From Gracilinanus agilis (Eukaryota), in contig NC_058134.1 of assembly GCF_016433145.1 (NCBI RefSeq), positions 170,409,731 to 170,473,730 of the forward strand: a stretch of DNA of 64,000 nt. Reading direction: 5' to 3'. Below are positions 1-10,999 of this stretch, one piece after another; position 1 is the first letter of the stretch; each line of letters begins with the position of its first letter. The translations under genes and the position numbers were made by a program. The notes beneath the pieces are model-generated. The model did no database searches, was not told the DNA's origin, and saw only the letters and a program-made list of their open reading frames with translations.

Positions 1-402
1 CCGCCGCCGCCGCAGCTGCCTCCCCGGCAGCCCATCGCCGCCCTCTCGCCGCCGCCGCCTCGCGGGGAAGGAGCAGAAAAAGCGCCCGGCGCCTGCCCGC
101 CCCCTTCCGAGCCCTCTGCTCTAGGGGCCAGCCCCGAGCCAGCTCCGGGCCAAGTCCGGCCCCAGCCGAAAGTTGTGGCGGAGGGCGGCGGGCCCCGGGC
201 TCGGCCGCTTCCTTGCCTTTTCTTCGGGCCGGGGATCGGGGGTGCGGAGCTGGGGGGTGGACGAGAGCAAAGTGGCAACTTCTCCCGGGGAAGCCTCCAG
301 CCCCGCCCACGTCCGGGTCCGAAATCGCCGGGGGAGCCGGATTTATTTTATTCGTTTTAAATCATTCTTATAATTATCATTCCTGCTGATCTGAGGGACG
401 GA

Positions 403-585
403 NNNNNNNNNNNNNNNNNNNNNNNNNNNNNNNNNNNNNNNNNNNNNNNNNNNNNNNNNNNNNNNNNNNNNNNNNNNNNNNNNNNNNNNNNNNNNNNNNN
501 NNNNNNNNNNNNNNNNNNNNNNNNNNNNNNNNNNNNNNNNNNNNNNNNNNNNNNNNNNNNNNNNNNNNNNNNNNNNNNNNNNNNN
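403..585. other. Assembly gap (183 N)
   Basis: Run of N. Confidence 1.
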
Positions 586-610
586 TTCCTCCTTCCTTCT
601 CCCGAGCACC

Positions 611-671
611 ATGGAGTTCTCCGAGAGGAAAAGAAGCAGGAAATCCCAAAGCTTCAAATTGGTGAACCAAG
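611..671 (+). CDS. BEND7: BEND7 coding exon 1 (MEFSERKRSRKSQSFKLVNQ + G)
   Basis: Strong Kozak context agcaccATGG. Translation matches the recalled mammalian BEND7 N-terminus (MEFSERKRSRKSQSFKLVSR). Donor G|GTAAG at 671/672, phase 1. Confidence 0.96.
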
Positions 672-2180
672 GTAAGAAGAGAATAGAGAGAGAGATGGGG
701 ACGGGCAGGGGGCTTCTCCAGGGTGGGTGCCAGAGACCGGGAGAAGGGACTTTAACCGGGTGTAAACAGCTTCCCAATCATCACCACTCTCTAAGCCTCT
801 CTCGCCCCCTCCCTTGTCATTTTCCTCACCCTCTGTGGTTATTTGTCCATGCAATTGTATGTTTTCAAGTCGGTAACTATATCTTTTAAAAGGGTTTAAA
901 AAATGCTTTAAAGAGGGGGTGTGGGGGGGCGTGTTGATGCTTGGCGGCGAGACCACTGTACACAAAATAAAGTTGTATTGTGCAAGGGAGTGGGGGGGAA
1001 GGCAGGATGTTATTGAACGTAAACAGCCCAAAAAGCAAATCAGGAAATTAGCAAACAATGACACTTAGGGAGTAAAGAGCCTTCTTGTGCATTCAACTAC
1101 TGTGGCCAGATTTGGGAAGTAGGGTGGTTGCTATTCCATTTTAGTGGTGTGCAGAAATCTGAACTAATGATTCCTAGGTCCTTATGGCCAAATCTCCGCG
1201 CCCCCCCCCCCCCCGCCCTTTACCCCTTCCGGAGACCTCCGCACCCCCAAGGAACATGAAAGATTTTTTCCCCCCTTTCTTTCTTTCTTTTCGGAAAAAC
1301 AATGCTTATGCCCAAGAAAGAATCGTTGTCATTTAACTTGTCTGGCTGAGATTGGTGTAAGAAAAGGTGTTTTAAAAAAAATTATGCATCGGATAAAAAT
1401 CAATTTTTAAAAATTCCATCAAATTCTTAATAATTTAACAGGTGTATATTCACCTCCTTGCGTTTGGGTTATTTTGAGGTAAGAGGAGAGCAGGGCAGGG
1501 AAACACTTATCAGTTGATGATGCGTTAACTTGCTAGAATCTTAATTTTTCTAATTTGTCTTAGAAAAGATTGAGAAGAATTAAAGCCTACGGCAAAAAGT
1601 AAGGTATCTGTTAAATTCCTTGTACCTTGTTAAATTCAAAGCAGGCGATCAGTCCAGTGTAATGCCACATATTCATATTTTGAGGGTTCAGAACATTTTT
1701 TCCTTAAACCTCCCTTTTGAGTCAACCTTAGATTTATACAAATACAGAAGCCCAGAATCAGTCTCTTTTTCCTCTGACGTTTTATGGGCTATTGAAGGTG
1801 GGAGCAAACCAACTGTTTTAACAATCTAAAAAGTCACTGTATAGACCAATGAAAAGTAGAGGGCTATTTGCGAATAACAGGCTTTTTTCCCCCTAATTAA
1901 ACCCTAGCTAAGCTAAATGTTAGTGTGGAGCAAATAAAGCCTACTTTTAGTTTGTTTGAAAATTCATTTGATTATACGCTTTCTCCTTCCCATTTAAACT
2001 GATTCAAATAGTTGAGCAAGTGGATAGAATTTAGTGAGAGGTTTTCAGTCACTGTGCCTATTCAAAATATTAGGCTGTTTTGATTCTTTATAACTTTGCT
2101 CATCAGAGTTGAATACTCAGTTATTTGTTTATATTTTTGATGTTGTTTTATGGGAGGTTTTTTTGGCTTGGCTTTCAAGT

Positions 2181-2197
2181 ATATATGTATATGTATA

Positions 2198-2249
<52 letters not shown>
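2181..2249. repeat. Compound microsatellite (TG)n(TA)n(CA)n
   Basis: Read directly from sequence. Confidence 0.97.
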
Positions 2250-2250
<1 letters not shown>

Positions 2251-3173
2251 AACTTCTGTTTTTCTAATCTCAGAAAAACTTATTACTGAATCTTGAAAAT
2301 GAGAATAATTGCGTAAGTATTGCTTGGTAATGTCCAAGGCCCCACAAGACATAAAAGTGAAAAAGAAATCCATGTTTTATGTAGCTACTTAGGTGATCCC
2401 ATTTTGTAGGAACTATATCAAAACCACATGAGCTTCTACAGAGAGCTAGAAAAATTCTGTATTTTTAAGTTTGACTGACATAGCAAGTTTTAAAACAAGT
2501 TCTAGAATCTTGATTCTTTTCTCTACTATGCAGTTGTATTTTCAGAAAATAAACCACTGCATATTAAAGTTCAGTAGCTGAGAGCAGAAGATACACTGGT
2601 GTGAAAGATGAGACCCTGGCTTCCTTATTCAAATTGTACTGTATTTAAAATTACAAATTCATATTTTTCATGTGGTATTCCTTTTAGTCTGCTTTTAATT
2701 CCCAGTATTTTTTCAGTATTAACTGTTAAAGTCAGGTGTGTTATGGCTAAGCACAGGGAATATTCTTAATATATCCTTTACAAATTTAGTTATTAAAGTT
2801 CAAAAGACTCCGGTGACTAGGGATACAGAACACTTTCCCTGTTGAGTATAAATTTGCTTACTGCTCTTTAGAAAAGCATCTGGATTTTCATGTTGACATA
2901 TTTTTCAGTGAAAACTGACATAGTAAGGTCAGGCAAAGCTGTTTTTAAAAAAAAAAAAGAAATATTTGTTTTGTATACTTCCAAAAAAACTGGTAAAGTT
3001 TTTTCGTGTTACTAAAGGTTTTGTATTCTGTGGTTAATTTGATTTCTAAAAATCATAATTACAAGTTAAAACTGTAGAGCTTTAATATAATATGTAATAT
3101 GACTCTAATGTTCAATGCCTTTTTATATCTTCCATGTCATTAGAATTCTAATTTTTTGTTGTTTCTCTCCTAG

Positions 3174-3257
3174 ATTATCACCATGAGATATATAAGGTTT
3201 CTGACTTCAGCAATGATGTTAATGGAGAGGCTAAAGAGACACAACCCATTTTTTTAG
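3174..3257 (+). CDS. BEND7: BEND7 coding exon 2 (DYHHEIYKVSDFSNDVNGEAKETQPIFL + G)
   Basis: Acceptor tttctctcctag|ATTAT and donor G|GTAGG. 84 nt, phase 1-1. Matches recalled BEND7 DYHHEVYKIPEFSNDVNGEAKETQPIFLG. Confidence 0.96.
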   Translation: MITMRYIRFLTSAMMLMERLKRHNPFF

Positions 3258-3324
3258 GTAGGTTCTTATGTCGATTAATTTCTGAGCAAAACAGTGTGGC
3301 CATTTGCAATTAGGGAAAAAAAAA

Positions 3325-3696
3325 NNNNNNNNNNNNNNNNNNNNNNNNNNNNNNNNNNNNNNNNNNNNNNNNNNNNNNNNNNNNNNNNNNNNNNNNNNNN
3401 NNNNNNNNNNNNNNNNNNNNNNNNNNNNNNNNNNNNNNNNNNNNNNNNNNNNNNNNNNNNNNNNNNNNNNNNNNNNNNNNNNNNNNNNNNNNNNNNNNNN
3501 NNNNNNNNNNNNNNNNNNNNTTTGTAGCTCTATGCTCACCCCATTTACNNNNNNNNNNNNNNNNNNNNNNNNNNNNNNNNNNNNNNNNNNNNNNNNNNNN
3601 NNNNNNNNNNNNNNNNNNNNNNNNNNNNNNNNNNNNNNNNNNNNNNNNNNNNNNNNNNNNNNNNNNNNNNNNNNNNNNNNNNNNNNNNNNNNNNNN
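3325..3696. other. Two assembly gaps (3325-3520, 3549-3696) separated by a 28-bp island
   Basis: Runs of N. Confidence 1.
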
Positions 3697-3859
3697 TGCT
3701 GTCATATTGTAATGTCCCTTCACCTCTGTAGCCTGGTTGCTAATCCTGCCATGACAAAATTAAATTAAATCTACAGTTTTAAAAGTGTGAGGAAAACAGA
3801 AGTATTATTGTGTGCCTAACTATCTCCTCGTAGTACTAGTTATCATTGAGTGGCTCATC

Positions 3860-5110
3860 ATTTTCATGTATTTTGTATTCATTTAAAGTTAACCATTTAT
3901 AGAGTTCCAGTTATGTATAAGGGCACTTCCATACAAAAATATCCAGCATGGTCCTTCTTAAAAAGCTTTCAGATGTACTAAGGAATAACAAATGTACATA
4001 GCTGTTATTACCAATCAGTTATACTATTGTAGGTGAGAAATAAACAAGGTACTGATAGAATTCAGAAGAGGGAAACATATTTATCAAGGAAAGCATGGAG
4101 ATGGTGACATCTGAGATGAGACATGACAGAAGGGTTGGATTTTAATAAGGGGAGGTATGGAGATAGCACATTGCAGACCTAAAGAATAGTGCAAGGAGAA
4201 GTGGGAAACAATAAGAAGAGGTAAAGAATAGTGTGTAGCCTAGTTGGGCTAGTGTATAGAGCATCCATCAAAGGCAGCTAATGTGGGATAAGAGTAGAAA
4301 GGTAGAATAGGGTGGTTCAGAATTGAGGAGGGCCTTGAATGTCATGCCAAGGAGTTTGGACTTCCTTTGACAGGTCAGTGAAGGTTTTTGAGCAGGGAAG
4401 TAATTGAATAGAGCTGTGCATTAGAAAAATTAATTTGATGACAATGTGTAGGATGGATTTGAGTGGAGAGAAAACCAAAGCCAGGCTATAATAGTTCAGA
4501 GAGGCCGATGACCATAGAAATGGAGGGGAAAAAATGGGTTAGAGAGAGATTGTGGAGGTAAAATCATAAAAGAATTGTAGGACTGGTTAGTTGAAGGGTG
4601 GTAGAGAGGAACAAGAAAGAGAAAATGGTCAAACACAACTGAGTTTTTGAATCTAGGTAACTGATATAATTGTTTTACCTTTAACAAAAATGGGGAAATT
4701 AGAAAGAACAAGTTTGATTTATTCTTTTTTGCTGTTGTTTTTAATGATGGATTCAGTTTTGCACTTGTAGAACTGGAACTGCTAATTGGACATGAAATTG
4801 GAGGTGGCAAGTAGGTAGTTGGAAATGTGGATCTTTAGCTCAGGGAAGGGATCATGACTAGAAGTATGGATTTTGGAATTGTCTGCCTAAAAGTAATACC
4901 TGAAGCATGCAGTTGAGGAAGATTATTAAAGTAGTATAGAGAGGAGGACCTAGGACAGAGGTTGGAGGGATACCTATGTTTAGGGGATGGGAAGAGAGAG
5001 AGAGGAGGAAGTGGAGCTGTAGAAAAGAGATGAAAGGAGACTAGCCAGAGGGAGGTGGAGAAACATTGAAACCAAGGGAAGTACTTCAAGAAGGAAAAGG
5101 TGGTCAGTAA
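3860..5110 (-). mobile_element. Degraded L2 LINE fragment
   Basis: Purine-rich tract with gagggccttgaatgtcatgccaaggagtttggactt, the reverse complement of a typical L2 3' segment. Boundaries approximate. Confidence 0.7.
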
Positions 5111-5846
5111 TATGATCTACTGCAGAGAGTTTGGGATCAGAAAGAAAAACTATTCTTTCCTCTTACCATCCTCATTCCCAGCTCACCTAAAGAACAAGTA
5201 GAACAAAAGCAGCCTCTCTGACTGCCCTTCAAACAAGTGTAGCTGCATGACGGATGGTAGGTAGTAAAAAAACATTTTTACTCTTCCTATATGATTTTTG
5301 GTACAAATATTATACCTGAAGATCTTAACAATTGTTGTACATTGACTTGCCATTAGATATTTGGGGCTCTTAGTACATTATATAATAATCGAGATTTTGC
5401 ATAGTGGCCTAAAGCAGTGGGATAAGAAGGGAGAGTAATCCTGGACCATCAAATTTTGCTTTAGACTTTGTCTATTCCAGCTGTCTTGTGGGTGCAATGA
5501 ATGCTCTGGCCACAACCCTAAAGGAAAAGTTTAAGAAAGCATAGCAAAGAAGTAACACATGAAAAGGAACAAGCAAAAAATTTTTTTGGAAATTGTTACC
5601 ACTTGAAGTGGGGAGAGTGGATAGGTAAGTGACAACAATGGAAGTCTAGAATGCAGAATAGGCCAAGGCTGACTGGGACTAAGTTTGGCATGTCACTGAG
5701 CATACCATCCCTTCCCAAACAATCAAACAACAACTTATAGCATAGAGAGCAAAGTTCTTGCTTAGGTAGCCTCTGTTTTGTGTTTAAACACACCTACACA
5801 GACACATACAAAAACCCTGTGTAAAAAGATAGAGGGAATAGATCAA

Positions 5847-5855
5847 ATACATGCA

Positions 5856-5905
<50 letters not shown>

Positions 5906-5916
5906 CGCATGTGTAT
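5847..5916. repeat. (TG)n(CG)n alternating purine-pyrimidine microsatellite
   Basis: Read directly from sequence. Confidence 0.97.
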
Positions 5917-5940
5917 GGAAGAAGGGGGGAGAAGCATTTC

Positions 5941-6620
5941 CTTTTTTTTTTTTAATTTAAATATTTTATTTTTTTAGAAAAATTTTCCATGGTTACATGA
6001 TTCATGTTTTTACTTTCCCCTTCACTCTCCCTCCCATAGCCACCTCGCATTTCCACTGGTTTTAACATGTGTCATCAATCAAGACCTATTTCCATATTAT
6101 TGATAGTTGCGTTTGGTGTGATAGTTTCAAGTCTACATTCCCAATCATGTCCACACCAACCCATTTGTTCAAGCAGTTGTTTTTCTTCTGTGTTTCCACT
6201 CCTGTAGTTCTTCCTCTGAATGTGGGTATTGTTCTTTTCCATAAATCCCTCAGAATTGTCGTGGGTCATTGCATTGCTGCCAATACAGAAGTCCATTACA
6301 TTCGATTTTACCACAGTGTATCAGTCTCTGTGTACAATGTTTTCTGGCTCTGCTCCTTTCACTCTGCATCAGTTCCTGGAGGTCTTTCCAGTTCACATGG
6401 AATTCCTCCAGTTCATTATTCCTTTGAGCACAATAGTGTTCCATCACCAGCATATACCACAACTTGTTTAGCCATTCCCCAATTGAAGGGCATACCCTCA
6501 TTTTCCAGTTTTTTTGCCACCACAAAAAGCGTGGCTATAAATATTTTTGTACAAGTCTTTTTATCTGTGATCTCTGGGGTACAAACCCAGCAATGCTATG
6601 ACTGGATTGAAGGGCAAGCA
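5941..6620 (-). mobile_element. 5'-truncated opossum-type L1 (ORF2 C-terminus + 3'UTR + polyA)
   Basis: Poly-T at ~5942. Minus-strand ORF 6250..6525 (WWQKNWKMRVCPSIGEWLNKLWYM) is L1 ORF2p C-terminal sequence. Imperfect TSD gggga(ga)agcatttc / ggggaggcatttc. Confidence 0.9.
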
Positions 6621-8073
6621 GGGGAGGCATTTCAGTATTTCTTATATCACTAAACTCATATCAGTTACATCATGTAACTTTAAATCAAATATATACTTCC
6701 ACCTTTAGTTGGTATTAATATTGAAATATTTATTTTGGTAAAGGAAGCAAGATTAACTATAGGGAACATAATTGTAATTGATTTGCCTTTCTTAAAAGAA
6801 TACTTAAATACTCAAGCTAAAAGTTTCAACCTCAAGAAATTTCAACAAGTTCATAATCAAATGAAATTTTGTGACCTATAGCCAGAATATTTTTGGATTC
6901 TAGTTTTTCAGGACCCCTAAATTTAAACAGTTGGAATTCTTTTTTAAGTACTGCCTTATTCAGTCTTTTGAAATGAAGGACTAGCTTTTTAGTGTAAAAT
7001 CAGCAGTTATCATAAAGAGGGAACATGCTGTCCTTGATTTAGTTATTCTCCAAAGAAGTAGGATTTTTTCCTGTGTGCTTAGAAAATAGTAGACACTTGT
7101 CAAGTGCCTATTTATTTTGGGTATGATAGACCAAAGACATATAGATTGAGGATGCTAAATTTCTTGTCAAGGGCAAGAGAGTCTATTCATTTAGTAGTAT
7201 AAAAGTATACTATGTTATATTTCTTAAAAATCTTGCTTACTTTGAGGAAGGTATGATGTACTTTTCAAAAGAATATTTTGATTCAATGGGAGCTAGAGTA
7301 ATAAAGTATAAAGGAAGATGTGATTATAAAATTAATATTTCTAAAACATCTGTGAACAGTTTTATTGACAGCACCCACAGGTTACTTAAAATTATGTTTG
7401 TTGATAAGAAAATGCATGTTTTCAGGCTACACTGACACCTCAAAATATAGATTTAAGTAGTATTTGCTATATAATTTACTGAAGCATGGCTATGACACCA
7501 CTTAGTTTAGAGTTCAGTGAACCCTAAAGGAGTTTATTACCAGACATATCAGGAGAATAGCTGTAGCAGTTTTACTCAATATCTAGAATTGAAACATGAA
7601 CCCTGAACTTAATGTTATATGGAAGTTCCATTAATGCCAGTATATGATGATTCATATTGATGAGATTGAAGTTCAGGGAAAAAAACAGATTTGTTCCATA
7701 CTTTGGGAGAAGTCCTCAAATCAAATATACTTCTTAAAAATTGTATAAGGTCTTTTCTAGCATCCATCATGAAGAGGAAGTTCAGTTGTTTTCCTACTGG
7801 ATGAAATATAGCACTGTTTGGCCAAGTTTGGAGGGTTCCTTTCTTATGCTTTGAATCATGCAATGATATTAGACAAGGGTAGCTCACTATGTAGATTTCC
7901 ACATTCTATTGTTGCCTATGACAGTGAATAGTTCAACAACTTGAGCACTCATGGAGAGAAGAGAAAAACCAAAAAAATGATTAAAAGCATCTGTCAACCT
8001 CAAGAAGCTTATAATTTAGTTGGAAGAACTAAACTAGAAGAACTCAAGTGACAGTTAAAATAATGACCTATGG

Positions 8074-8571
8074 CAGTAATGGTGAACCTTTTAGTGATGG
8101 AGTACTAGGCCCTGCCCCCCACCCTTGCCCTCCAGATAGAGTGCCATGGCTGCCCCCCCAAAGATTATGTGCCCCTCCCCCACATGCCATACCCCACCCC
8201 CTCTTACCCCACATAGGGGAGGGAGAAAGCACTCCCATCCAGCTGTTGGGTGGAGAGGTGAGTGAAGTAAGGAATGCCCTCAGTGAGTGTGGAGAGGGAG
8301 AAGGGAGTGGTCCAAGTACTCTTCTCTCCTCCCACTCTGCCCCTGGTGAGTTGCCCACCTTTGCCCCTTGTGCTCCCATTGGGCTTCTGGGCAGAGTGGT
8401 AGGGGATGTGAAAAAATGTCAGGCATGTTGGTAAGGGAGAAGGGAGCAGTTCCACCTGAGTCCCTTTGCCTTTCTAGTAATGAACTCTGGGGGGGAATGG
8501 GTAGCCTTGTGCCCACACAGAGCACTCTGCATGCTATCTTTGGCACCAGTGCTATGGGTTTGCCATCACTG
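8074..8571 (-). mobile_element. hAT (OposCharlie1/OC1-like) MITE, copy 1, 498 bp
   Basis: TIRs cagtaatggtgaacct ... gggtttgccatcactg. 8-bp TSD acctatgg / acttaggg (6/8). Strand is given relative to the CAGTGATGGCGAACCTATG end. Confidence 0.88.
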
Positions 8572-8749
8572 ACTTAGGGCAAGGTATTCTGTAATTAAGT
8601 AGTAATTATTAAATAAGTAAGTGGGTAAATGCCAAAATGAGTAATGTAGGTATTACGTTCTTTAGAAAGGCAGAGAGAGGAAAGAAGGGTGGTCTTACAT
8701 TTTTCAAGGAAGAGATGGGATTCAAAATGGACCTTGAAAAATGGGACAG

Positions 8750-9290
8750 GATGCCCATCAATTGGGGAATAGTTGAGCAAGTTTAGTCTATAATTGTGAT
8801 GGTTTACTATTGTGTTATAAGAAATAATGAGCAGGATGGTTTCAGAAAAACCTAGGAAGTCTTACACGACCTAATGCAAAGTGGAGTGAACAGAATCAGA
8901 ACATTGTACAGAGAAATAGCAATAGTATAAAGATATTCAACTTACATGAAAGATTTAGCTATTCTGATCAAGACAGTGATCCAAGACAATTCCAAAGGAC
9001 CTATGATGAAAAATACTGTCCACCTCCAAAAAGAGAACTTATAAACTTTGGAGTGCAAATTGAAACCTGCTTTTCTTTTTTTGGTGTTTTTTTTTTGCAC
9101 ATATGTTTTGCATAACTTCACATGTATAATTGATATCATATTACTTGCCTTTTCAAGGTGTGGAGGAGGGACAGGTAGGAGGGAGAAAGTTTCGAACTCA
9201 AAATGTTCAAAAATGAATCTTTTTTAAGATTTTAAATGTAATTGGGAAATATTTAGTGAAATAAATAAAATATATTTTAAAATAACAAAA
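8750..9290 (+). mobile_element. Older L1 3' end
   Basis: gatgcccatcaattggggaatag and gacctaatgcaaagtggagtgaacagaatcaga motifs of the L1 ORF2 end/3'UTR, with an A-rich tail at ~9260-9295. Confidence 0.8.
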
Positions 9291-9391
9291 GAAAGATGAA
9301 ACTGATTTGGATAGTGTGAAAATGGAATTATCCTCCCTTTGTTGTTTTTTAACTTAATCAGTCAAGAACTTGAAAATACTTTAGCATTGAT

Positions 9392-10175
9392 TGCAAGGGA
9401 ATTCACAACCTCAGAGAAAGGAAGTTCATACCCTCAGAGATAGGAAGTTGATCCCACAGGGAACTATGATTGGTTCTTGAGGTGTGACATGGAGTGAGAG
9501 AGAGCTCATGAGTGGAGAAAAACAAGTATAAGTGGGACCCAGGGACTGCTCAGGCTTTTTTGGATTTGGTGACTGTCTTGGGTTGGTGACACTCTGGCTG
9601 GAGACTCTCTCACTTGGGTTGGTGACATGCTGACTAAAGGGACTCCCTCTTCTGCTGGTGGGACTCTTGGACTTGCTGAAGGGACTCTCAGACTCGGATT
9701 TGGAATTCTGCATTGGGGACTTGACCTGAAGGGAGATGCTTACTCTGGGGACTCTTGTTAAAGAGACTCCCATGCTCTTCTGACTGGAGATTGAGCTTTT
9801 TGTCAGTGGTGAGCAGGATTCCATCAGATCGGCAATTAGGGTATTAACTAGACCAATGGTTCCCAAAATTTTTTGGCCTACCGCCTCCTTTCCAGAAAAA
9901 ATATTACTTAGCCCCCTGGAAATTAATTTTTTTAAATTTTAATAGCAATTAATAGGAAAGATAAATGTACCTGTGGCCATCACTGCCTCTCTGGATCGCT
10001 GTAGCACCCACCAGGGGGCAGTAGTGCCCACTTTGGGAATCACTGAACTAGACAATTCTCTACCTCCTTCCAACATTTCCCTCTCTTTACTATCTCTATT
10101 TTAATTAAACTAAATTGTTAAAGATACTAACAGCCTCATAATTTAATTTTAAATTATGACAATTGGTGACCACAC
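9392..10175 (+). mobile_element. ERV LTR (~570 bp, split by a MITE) followed by a primer-binding-site remnant
   Basis: TG start near 9392, short U3-type direct repeats (cctcagag[a/at]aggaagtt x2), TATAA at ~9527, attaaa at ~10104, end ...tgaca at 10161, then attggtgaccaca. Confidence 0.62.
9854..10045. mobile_element. hAT-Charlie-type MITE, 192 bp
   Basis: TIRs caatggttcccaaa ... tttgggaatcactg. Perfect 8-bp TSD aactagac at 9846-9853 and 10046-10053. Confidence 0.93.
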
Positions 10176-10269
10176 CCTTTTAAACTATTACAATAGGTAT
10201 AGAAAAGGTGGCAGGAAATGGTAAGGGCAGCATAGGCAGAAGCACAGGGGCCATGAACATGAGCAACAG

Positions 10270-10500
10270 AATTATATAGTGGAGAGTCTTAGGTTTGAAT
10301 TCTGTCTATGATACTTCCTGGTTCTGTGACCATGGATAAAATACTTCACTTCTCTAGGTTTCAGTTTTTTCATCTGTAAAATGGAAATAAAAAATAATTG
10401 GTTCCTACCTTATGGTTCTATTTTAAGCATCAAGTGAAATAATTTCTTTATACCTGCTTTGTAAACCTTAAAGAACCATATGAATTTTAAGTGTTACTAT
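10270..10500 (+). mobile_element. MIR-family SINE
   Basis: Core ggtttcagtttttt catctgtaaaatggaaat...cctaccttatgg. Confidence 0.75.
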
Positions 10501-10999
10501 TATAGTATAACCCAGTGTCAAAAAACAGAGATCTAGATTAAGTAGCAAAGAATCTGAAAAAATATCTGAATAGTTTCATGAACCATCTAGCTGTTTATGT
10601 TTAGCATAGTAATGTATATTTTAAATAGAATGTGTTCTTACACAGTATTTTGGCTTAGTTGTTTGCTACTAGGCTAATACACTAAATAGTATGAAATCTT
10701 AAAACTGTACTTATTGCTAAAACATTTGAAAATGTTTTGGTTACTTATAATATGTTCAAATCAGGTGATATAAATTTTCTTATAAGATCCACAGAATGGT
10801 TTTAGAGAGAGAATTTGAAAATTATTTGTTAAGTTAAATTTTAGAGGTTTTCTTAAGGAAACAAAGTTTTTGTTTAATGATTGAGAGAACAGAATGTTTT
10901 TATGCTACCTAAAGTACTTATATGACAACTCAAAAAAATGACAGTAGGAGGGTGGATTGTTACTAACTTATAATATTAATATAAAGTCAAACCTCAGCA

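Larger units (their letters stand above)
1..760 (+). promoter_or_regulatory. BEND7: CpG island / promoter-5'UTR region of BEND7 (interrupted by gap 403-585)
   Basis: Very GC- and CpG-rich, with GCC repeats (1-12, ~46-58), against an AT-rich background. No + strand ATG in the sequenced part of 1-610. It directly precedes the gcaccATGG start. Confidence 0.85.

Noticed and set aside
173-777. ORFs 173..373, 175..360, 343..777 and 377..670
   Set aside because: They use non-ATG starts in GC-rich CpG-island DNA or run through N gaps. None resembles a known protein, and they overlap the BEND7 5' region.
611-889. 92-aa ORF as a single-exon product
   Set aside because: Similarity to BEND7 stops at the G|GTAAG donor (671); the rest is intron read-through.
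3231-3768. Long ORFs across 3325-3696
   Set aside because: Artefacts of translating N runs. The 28-bp island between the gaps is too short to interpret.
7615-7902. 95-aa minus-strand ORF (MEIYIVSYPCL...)
   Set aside because: No recognisable homology, splice signals or codon bias; within chance expectation for 64 kb.
8048-8577. Several overlapping Pro/Gly-rich ORFs (also 16338-17036)
   Set aside because: They lie inside GC-rich non-autonomous MITEs and have no transposase motifs.
9426-9866. 146-aa Ser-rich minus-strand ORF
   Set aside because: It is the antisense read of the LTR's GGGACTC-repeat region; low complexity explains the lack of stops.
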